DNA of 44,487 nucleotides from a virus (Duplodnaviria; Heunggongvirae; Uroviricota; Caudoviricetes): IMG/VR virus record IMGVR_UViG_2718218131_000009, positions 1 to 44,487 of that record; one strand, 5' to 3'. Shown piece by piece: positions 38,969 to 44,487 of this stretch (position 1 is its first letter; each line of letters starts with the position of its first letter). The notes under the pieces were generated by a model. It saw only the letters and a program-made list of their open reading frames with translations, ran no database searches and was not told where the DNA came from. The position numbers and the translations under genes were made by a program.

Positions 38969-39505
38969 ATGTCATTTATTAAAACTTTTTCCGGGAAGCA
39001 TTTTTATTATGACAGGATAAATAAAGACGACATCGTTATTAACGATATCGCGGTTTCTCTTTCAAATATCTGTCGCTTTGCAGGACATCTTTCACATTTC
39101 TACAGCGTCGCCCAACATGCGGTGCTTTGCAGCCAGCTGGTACCGCAGGAATTTGCTTTTGAAGCATTAATGCATGATGCAACAGAAGCGTATTGCCAGG
39201 ACATCCCCGCTCCACTGAAACGCCTTCTTCCTGACTATAAACGGATGGAAGAAAAAATAGACGCCGTAATCCGTGAGAAATACGGGTTACCCCCGGTTAT
39301 GAGCACGCCCGTGAAATATGCCGATCTCATCATGCTGGCAACCGAACGCCGCGATCTCGGGCTTGATGATGGCTCTTTCTGGCCTGTACTGGAAGGTATC
39401 CCGGCAACAGAGATGTTCAAAGTTATTCCACTGTCGCCAGGCCATGCCTATGGGATGTTTATGGAACGTTTTAACGAGTTATCGGAGTTACGCAAATGCG
39501 CATGA
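38969..39505 (+). CDS. yfdR: HD-domain phosphohydrolase (YfdR-like 5'-deoxynucleotidase)
   Basis: 178 aa from the ATG at 38969 (GGAG RBS). HD motif in ALMHDATEAY. Confidence 0.75.
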   Translation: MSFIKTFSGKHFYYDRINKDDIVINDIAVSLSNICRFAGHLSHFYSVAQHAVLCSQLVPQEFAFEALMHDATEAYCQDIPAPLKRLLPDYKRMEEKIDAVIREKYGLPPVMSTPVKYADLIMLATERRDLGLDDGSFWPVLEGIPATEMFKVIPLSPGHAYGMFMERFNELSELRKCA

Positions 39506-39846
39506 ATGTTTTCGAAATGGAAGGGTTTCTTCGCGGGAAATGTGTACCGCGAGATCTGAAAGTGAATGAAACAAATGCTGAGTATCTGGTGCGTAAATTC
39601 GATGAAGTACGTGCTGAGGCTCGCAACGAGGGTATTAACTATACCGCAAGCCGTCTTGCTGCTGCTTTCAATCACGGATTTATCAATAAGCCTTTGGCTG
39701 AAGTTTTCGACGTTACACGCATGATTCTGTCAGCAAAAGAAGAGTTAGCTAATGAATCGCATCCGATTGATGGCCTGTCTGGTGAATATGCGGAGAAATC
39801 CCTTGAAGAATGGGCGGAACAGATTCGCAAAGGAAGCAGCCAGTGA
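39496..39846 (+). CDS. Hypothetical protein (YfdS-like position)
   Basis: 116 aa. Start overlaps the stop of the preceding gene. Confidence 0.6.
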   Translation: MRMNVFEMEGFLRGKCVPRDLKVNETNAEYLVRKFDEVRAEARNEGINYTASRLAAAFNHGFINKPLAEVFDVTRMILSAKEELANESHPIDGLSGEYAEKSLEEWAEQIRKGSSQ

Positions 39847-40133
39847 ATATCGACACGACAATAACGATCGATGCGCTCCTAAATACCGGTCTGGCACTTC
39901 TCGGTTGGCTTTACATCATGTCCCGCACATGGCGATGGCTGGGTTCCATTTTCCTAAAACAGTGGAAAAAACGGCGCAAACAGGAACTACGCCAGAAGGC
40001 ATTAGAAGCGTTCTATGACGCATTTGAGCTTAGCCGCATTGAACCAGGTACAACAGCCAGGATAGCGACAAAAGGCGACCTGATGATAGTGATGTTCCGA
40101 CAGGAGAGAGCAGAGAAAGGGGAATCAGCATGA
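39810..40133 (+). CDS. Small membrane protein (YfdT-like position)
   Basis: One hydrophobic helix (ALLNTGLALLGWLYIM). An alternative GTG start at 39843 overlaps the upstream stop. Confidence 0.5.
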   Translation: MGGTDSQRKQPVNIDTTITIDALLNTGLALLGWLYIMSRTWRWLGSIFLKQWKKRRKQELRQKALEAFYDAFELSRIEPGTTARIATKGDLMIVMFRQERAEKGESA

Positions 40134-40813
40134 AATTTTCCAAATTTTCTGAGTTGGTGAATCGTATTTTGTCCAACAACCACAGCCATCGTCGCGATAT
40201 GGATGTAACAATCGTTGTTCATTCGCCTGGCAGCATTGGTTCAACACCTTCAGTTGAGGTTCAGTCAATTCACGCTGGTTTTGATTGGGATTCCGGGAAA
40301 GTGCTTATTTTCCCATCACAGCCACTGACCACGCTAACACCAGAACAGATTACTGATATCACTGATAGTGTGCGCAAAGGTCAGTCTTGGCACGCATATC
40401 AGGAATATAAAAAGCATAAAGAGCAGTTGGAAAAATTGTCGATTGAACTGGATGCTGCAAAACAGCGCGTAGCAGAACTGGAGGCCAGTCGCGTGACGCT
40501 GGCGGAGGAGAACTCGTGGCTGAAGATGCTCATAGAAGATCATGCTGGTTGTACTGCTGTCTGCCCAAATTGCTCTCATGAAGAACCCAGTGAAACAGAC
40601 GACATTGTTTGGTCTTACCGTTCACGGGAAACCCCAGCTACCGACGCTCTCCTGGCTGAAGTACGTGCGCAGGGGGTGGATATGGCTCGTAACGCGATGA
40701 TTGATTTTGTTGATGGTGAAGTTGGGCCAAACAAGAACGTTCCGGGGCTGATTAGAGGCGCAGAGATATGCGTAAGTATTGCTGAACAGCTTCGCAAAGG
40801 AGGCAACCAGTGA
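40130..40813 (+). CDS. Hypothetical protein with central coiled coil and Cys cluster
   Basis: 227 aa. ATGA coupling to the upstream gene. Contains a CTAVCPNC motif. Confidence 0.6.
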   Translation: MKFSKFSELVNRILSNNHSHRRDMDVTIVVHSPGSIGSTPSVEVQSIHAGFDWDSGKVLIFPSQPLTTLTPEQITDITDSVRKGQSWHAYQEYKKHKEQLEKLSIELDAAKQRVAELEASRVTLAEENSWLKMLIEDHAGCTAVCPNCSHEEPSETDDIVWSYRSRETPATDALLAEVRAQGVDMARNAMIDFVDGEVGPNKNVPGLIRGAEICVSIAEQLRKGGNQ

Positions 40814-41613
40814 GCAAAATTAACTATCAGGCACTGCGTGAAGCGGCAGAAAAGGCAACGAAAGGGAGCTACATCGTAGGGCATACATCGGTCAATCAGC
40901 ATGGGAATATAACAGGAGTTTTTGTTTGTCAAAAATGGAAAGGAGAACCCGGTGGCGTGATTGCAGAATGTCATGTTAACTGCCTGGTTGAAACAGATGC
41001 TCAGGCTTATGCAAACGCTGAATTCATAGCAGAGGTTAACCCAGCTACCATGCTGGCACTGCTGGATGAACGGGAAGCCCAAAACAAGTGTATCGCAGAA
41101 CTGGAAAAAATCGCCACTGACTATGCACTGAAATTTCAGAAAGCCCAGGACGCATTAAAGCACGTTGTTTTGATGCGCAAATCAGAGCAGGAAGCCGCAG
41201 ATAACAACCTTATTGATAGTGAATGCCATGTTGCTGAACTGGAAGAAGCGCTACGCGATAAGCAGGCGTTACTTGAAGCCTCAGAAAAGCGCAACGCAAA
41301 ATTACAAAGCGAGAATGCATACATCCGCAACCGGTACAAAGAACTGGACCTATTAATCGGGAAAAACATTCTGGTCATGCAGGCTGCCATTATCGAATGG
41401 CAGGCAACTGGCGACGCTAAGAGCGGACTAGCATGGATTTATAACACACTGTTTGGCCCTGGCGAATTACCGGACGAATCTGAGAAAGATGCTCAGGCCT
41501 ACTTTAATCGCAAATATGCACCGATTGACGAAAAGCTTATGGCGCTTCACAAGTGGTTTTGGGAACAAAGTGAAGCCGAGCGCGCTGCTGGTATTCGCAT
41601 CAAAGGAGAGTGA
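40810..41613 (+). CDS. ead/Ea22-like protein
   Basis: N-terminal SKINYQALREAAEKATKG and a long coiled coil. GTGA start/stop overlap with the upstream gene. Confidence 0.65.
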   Translation: MSKINYQALREAAEKATKGSYIVGHTSVNQHGNITGVFVCQKWKGEPGGVIAECHVNCLVETDAQAYANAEFIAEVNPATMLALLDEREAQNKCIAELEKIATDYALKFQKAQDALKHVVLMRKSEQEAADNNLIDSECHVAELEEALRDKQALLEASEKRNAKLQSENAYIRNRYKELDLLIGKNILVMQAAIIEWQATGDAKSGLAWIYNTLFGPGELPDESEKDAQAYFNRKYAPIDEKLMALHKWFWEQSEAERAAGIRIKGE

Positions 41614-41615
41614 TA

Positions 41616-41824
41616 TGGCTATTGCCGCAAGTTACACCATGCATCTCTACTGTGATTGTCGCCAGTGTACAAATGGTAAATATCAAACGCCAGACTTCGG
41701 TGAATATATCGGTACGTCATGGGCTGGCTGTGCAAAAGAGGCGCGCAAGGATGGCTGGCGAATAAGCAAAGACAAAACGCGTGCTTTTGCGCCCGGGCAT
41801 AAAGTTTTGAGGATTAACAAATGA
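41616..41824 (+). CDS. Small Cys-rich hypothetical protein (69 aa)
   Basis: ATG at 41616 with an AAAGGAGAG RBS. Contains CDCRQC...C. The track ORF 41453-41824 extends upstream into the previous gene. Confidence 0.5.
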
Positions 41825-42348
41825 CCACTATAACCAAAGGGCGACTGCTGACAATCAAGCAGTGGCGCGAAACATACGGACCGGGTAGCAACGTTGTACT
41901 GCCAGCAGAAGAAGCAGAAGAACTGGCACGGATTGCACTGGCATCGCTGGAAGCAGAGCCAGTGGCGTGGAAGGCAACCTTCACGCAAATTGACAATAAA
42001 TATAATACGTTCACCACTATGTATTCTGACAAAGCAGAAGTCGAACGCTGGGTGCGACTGCATGAAATAGGTGACTTTCGGGCAGAAATAACACCGCTTT
42101 ACGCAGCGCCGTCAGCGCCGGTAATTCCGGATGGTTGGATAAGCTGTAGTGAGCGGATGCCTGAAAAGAACCAGAACGTGCTTATTTCGGTGAATTTCGA
42201 TAGCTCTCTGGTTGAACCGCTAATATGCTCCGCACGCTATACAGGAAGCACATTCCGGCGAGGAGAAGCAACGATTAAGCCGGGTAATGGTATTGAGCAA
42301 GCAACTCACTGGATGCCGCTACCGGAACCGCCGCAGGAGGTGAAGTGA
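41821..42348 (+). CDS. DUF551-domain protein
   Basis: C-terminal ...HWMPLPEPP, typical of DUF551 prophage proteins. Confidence 0.7.
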   Translation: MTTITKGRLLTIKQWRETYGPGSNVVLPAEEAEELARIALASLEAEPVAWKATFTQIDNKYNTFTTMYSDKAEVERWVRLHEIGDFRAEITPLYAAPSAPVIPDGWISCSERMPEKNQNVLISVNFDSSLVEPLICSARYTGSTFRRGEATIKPGNGIEQATHWMPLPEPPQEVK

Positions 42349-42920
42349 TGAACAACTTAATGATCGACCTTGAGACGATGGGGAAAAATAAGGATGCACC
42401 GATCGTTTCCATTGGCGCGGTGTTCTTCACTCCAGAAACCGGAGACATCGGACAAGAATTCTATGCGGTTGTCAGCCTAGACAGTGCTATGAAGCAAGGA
42501 GCTACACCTGACGGCGATACCATCCTGTGGTGGTTGAAACAAAGCCCTGAAGCGCGAGCTGCAATCTGTATTGATGATACTTTGTCGATCAGCGATGCTC
42601 TCTCAGAACTAAACCATTTCATTAACCGGCACGCAGACAATACGAAATATTTAAAAGTCTGGGGTAACGGGGCCACCTTCGACAACGTAATTTTACGTGG
42701 AGCTTACGAGCGAGCAGGACAAATCTGCCCGTGGGCGTACTGGAATGACCACGATGTACGCACGATCGTTACGCTTGGGCGTTCCATCGGATTCGACCCC
42801 AAAATGGACATGCCTTTCGATGGCGAACGGCACAACGCCCTGGCTGATGCCCGTCATCAGGCAAAATATGTTTCCGCTATCTGGCAGAAATTAATTCCTG
42901 TCACCAGCACAGAATTATGA
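42345..42920 (+). CDS. DEDDh-family 3'-5' exonuclease
   Basis: IDLETMG (D-x-E) near the N-terminus and HNALADA (H-x4-D) near the C-terminus. Confidence 0.8.
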   Translation: MMNNLMIDLETMGKNKDAPIVSIGAVFFTPETGDIGQEFYAVVSLDSAMKQGATPDGDTILWWLKQSPEARAAICIDDTLSISDALSELNHFINRHADNTKYLKVWGNGATFDNVILRGAYERAGQICPWAYWNDHDVRTIVTLGRSIGFDPKMDMPFDGERHNALADARHQAKYVSAIWQKLIPVTSTEL

Positions 42921-42956
42921 TTTTCCCGGGTGCAGCCGGTTTTGATGGAGAAAATT

Positions 42957-43238
42957 ATGAACACCTTGTTTTTACTGATGGCTGAATTCAATACCCCAAA
43001 CATTGAACTCTCAGCAGTTAGCCAAAAGTACTTTGGTATGAGTCCAGCCACGGCAGAAGCAAAAGCAAACGCTTGTAAGTTGCCCGTTCCAACATATCGC
43101 ATCGGCACATCACAAAAAGCAAAACGTTGCATCAATATTCAAGATCTTGCGGAATACATAGACAAAAGGCGAGAAGAAGGACGTATCGAGTGGGAACAGG
43201 TCAGAACAGTCAAACAGAAGGACAAAGAACATCACTAA
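42957..43238 (+). CDS. Excisionase-like DNA-binding protein (PrtN-like)
   Basis: 93 aa from the ATG at 42957 (GGAG RBS). ISQKYFGMSPATAEAKANACKLPVPTYRIGTSQKAKRCINIQDLAEYID resembles PrtN/excisionase-like proteins. Last gene of the leftward operon. Confidence 0.6.
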   Translation: MNTLFLLMAEFNTPNIELSAVSQKYFGMSPATAEAKANACKLPVPTYRIGTSQKAKRCINIQDLAEYIDKRREEGRIEWEQVRTVKQKDKEHH

Positions 43239-43240
43239 AG

Positions 43241-43270
43241 AAAAAACCCGCCTGAAGGCGGGTTTTCAAA
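43241..43270. terminator. Bidirectional rho-independent terminator
   Basis: AAAAAA-CCCGCC-tgaa-GGCGGG-TTTTC, placed between convergent operons. Confidence 0.7.
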
Positions 43271-43285
43271 AAGCACCAGCTATGA

Positions 43286-43459
43286 TCATGCTGCTTTGCG
43301 ACGACGAAGCTTACCCTGCTGCTCTTTACCAGAGACAGTAGCGTGAGTGAACGCATTAGGAGCAGCCTTCATCAGAACTTCAACAGCAGCACCCATACCT
43401 GCGAATGCTTTCATTGTGTCGAACTTAACCTGTGGCTTGGTTGCTTTTTGATCTTCCAT
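43286..43459 (-). CDS. Small hypothetical protein (57 aa)
   Basis: MEDQKATKPQVKFDTMKAFAGMGAAVEVLMKAAPNAFTHATVSGKEQQGKLRRRKAA. GGAG RBS 7 nt upstream of the ATG; ends 24 nt before the terminator. Not in the ORF track because it is under 60 aa. Confidence 0.4.
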   Translation of the reverse strand: MEDQKATKPQVKFDTMKAFAGMGAAVEVLMKAAPNAFTHATVSGKEQQGKLRRRKAA

Positions 43460-43498
43460 AGAAAACTCCAGAAGCTATACCGAAACAATTCCTGTTGT

Positions 43499-43918
43499 TT
43501 ACTCATCATCAATAGATGATACGCAATATTTATTTTTAAATTTAAGGTTCTTTGGCGTAACTTCATCAGATATATCAAAACCGTCCAGAATTCTATTGAA
43601 TGTAGCTTCTGGCATATCATCATGAACGGAAATCTCACCCGATCGCTGCTTTCTAACCATGTTATCCACTCGCCAAATTATAGCTTCAGCGTAAACAACA
43701 TAACTTGGATGCTTGATAAAGCGATGATCACCAGAATTCAAGACGCAAGACGGATCGTGGGGGACACCATCCTTGATACTAGAAATATTAACAACTAAAA
43801 CACAATAACAATCGTTAACGGGGTAATAAACAGGATCATTACAAATCACATGAAGATGATTGCATGGCCCAGTTGGGGCAAGCACAGTTCCTTTCCTGTA
43901 TGGCTGATAATCCGTCAT
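43499..43918 (-). CDS. Hypothetical Cys/His-rich protein, candidate toxin partner of the Panacea-domain protein
   Basis: 139 aa, AT-rich. ATGA translational coupling to the upstream Panacea-domain gene. No recognised fold. Confidence 0.55.
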   Translation of the reverse strand: MTDYQPYRKGTVLAPTGPCNHLHVICNDPVYYPVNDCYCVLVVNISSIKDGVPHDPSCVLNSGDHRFIKHPSYVVYAEAIIWRVDNMVRKQRSGEISVHDDMPEATFNRILDGFDISDEVTPKNLKFKNKYCVSSIDDE

Positions 43919-44487
43919 GATAATTGCAAAGAAAATTCCTTAAGTTTCTGAGATTCTTCCATTTTGCCAATTATACGATTAGCCTCATCCTCGCTTTTAC
44001 CCTCACTGATCAGCATTTCTTTCAGGTCTATAGGCTTACGAGAATTGCCAGGATTGTGCCACTCTGGACAAACGCTTTCTAAATGCGTCATGTTTGCGAG
44101 ATCAAATCGGTTCATATGCCCATACAGAGAATAGATTTCATCTAAAATCCGGATATCTGCACGGCTCAACTCATCAAAGACCTCGTCTGCATCCATTTCC
44201 CTCGGATCTGAACGCAACAACACATCATGCCCGTTCGTCTCTATCAAGTTGTACCAGTAGTCACCAATGCCTTCAGCCTTACCACGAATCAAGTTCAGCG
44301 TATTCGACATGACTGGACCAAATTTCATAGAGTAAAGGCTATCTTCGCCGATCATCCTGCCATGCTTCAAAATCGACTTGCGGTTAGACAGATAGAGCAG
44401 CTTCATCAATTTCAGATATGCCATGCGCCCACCTCGCTTAAGAAGTAGGTATGCAGCCATTTGAGCTACTTTTTCTTCGCAAAACAT
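43915..44487 (-). CDS. Panacea-domain (DUF4065, SocA-like) antitoxin-like protein
   Basis: AYLKLMKLLYLSNRKSILKHGRMIGEDSLYSMKFGPV matches the Panacea/SocA signature (KLqKLLY...a.k.GPV). The ATG is the last codon of the window, so the N-terminus may be cut. Confidence 0.65.
   Translation of the reverse strand: MFCEEKVAQMAAYLLLKRGGRMAYLKLMKLLYLSNRKSILKHGRMIGEDSLYSMKFGPVMSNTLNLIRGKAEGIGDYWYNLIETNGHDVLLRSDPREMDADEVFDELSRADIRILDEIYSLYGHMNRFDLANMTHLESVCPEWHNPGNSRKPIDLKEMLISEGKSEDEANRIIGKMEESQKLKEFSLQLS

Noticed and set aside
41453-41615. Upstream part of ORF 41453-41824
   Set aside because: It overlaps the 3' end of the Ea22-like gene in another frame. An AAAGGAGAG RBS supports the ATG at 41616 as the true start.
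1-44487. CRISPR arrays
   Set aside because: No regularly spaced direct repeats of 28-37 bp were seen. The only repeat clusters are the iteron-like repeats in the replication gene and the codon-level collagen repeats.

Overview
The window is almost entirely a lambdoid (lambda-like) prophage of an enterobacterial host, most likely Escherichia/Shigella, read in reverse orientation, and it carries several accessory (moron) loci. Reading from high to low coordinates on the minus strand it runs: cro-like/CII-like regulators, a Rha-domain protein, an O-like replication initiator with internal iteron-like repeats, a PerC-like regulator, a Dam-like methyltransferase, a LexA DNA-binding-domain-only protein, RusA, KilA-N, DUF968, antiterminator Q, a second methyltransferase, a lysis cassette (S21-type pinholin, YdfR-like protein, SAR endolysin, Rz/Rz1), a candidate cos site, terminases, portal, a fused protease-capsid gene, and the lambda-type tail genes Z-U-V-G-T-H-M-L-K-I-J, then lom and a collagen-like tail fiber. 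On the plus strand sit the CI-type repressor (divergent from cro), a long structured leader, and an early-left operon resembling the K-12 CPS-53 yfdP-yfdT block, Ea22-like proteins, DUF551, a DEDDh exonuclease and an excisionase-like gene. The most interesting accessory loci are an AT-rich three-gene minus-strand operon at the right edge headed by a Panacea (DUF4065) antitoxin-like protein, a 1127-aa AT-rich effector-like protein at the left end preceded by a LexA-box-like palindrome, and an opposite-strand lipoprotein moron next to Q. No tRNA genes or CRISPR arrays were recognised. All functional calls rest on motif and homolog recognition by eye plus gene order; no database search was run.
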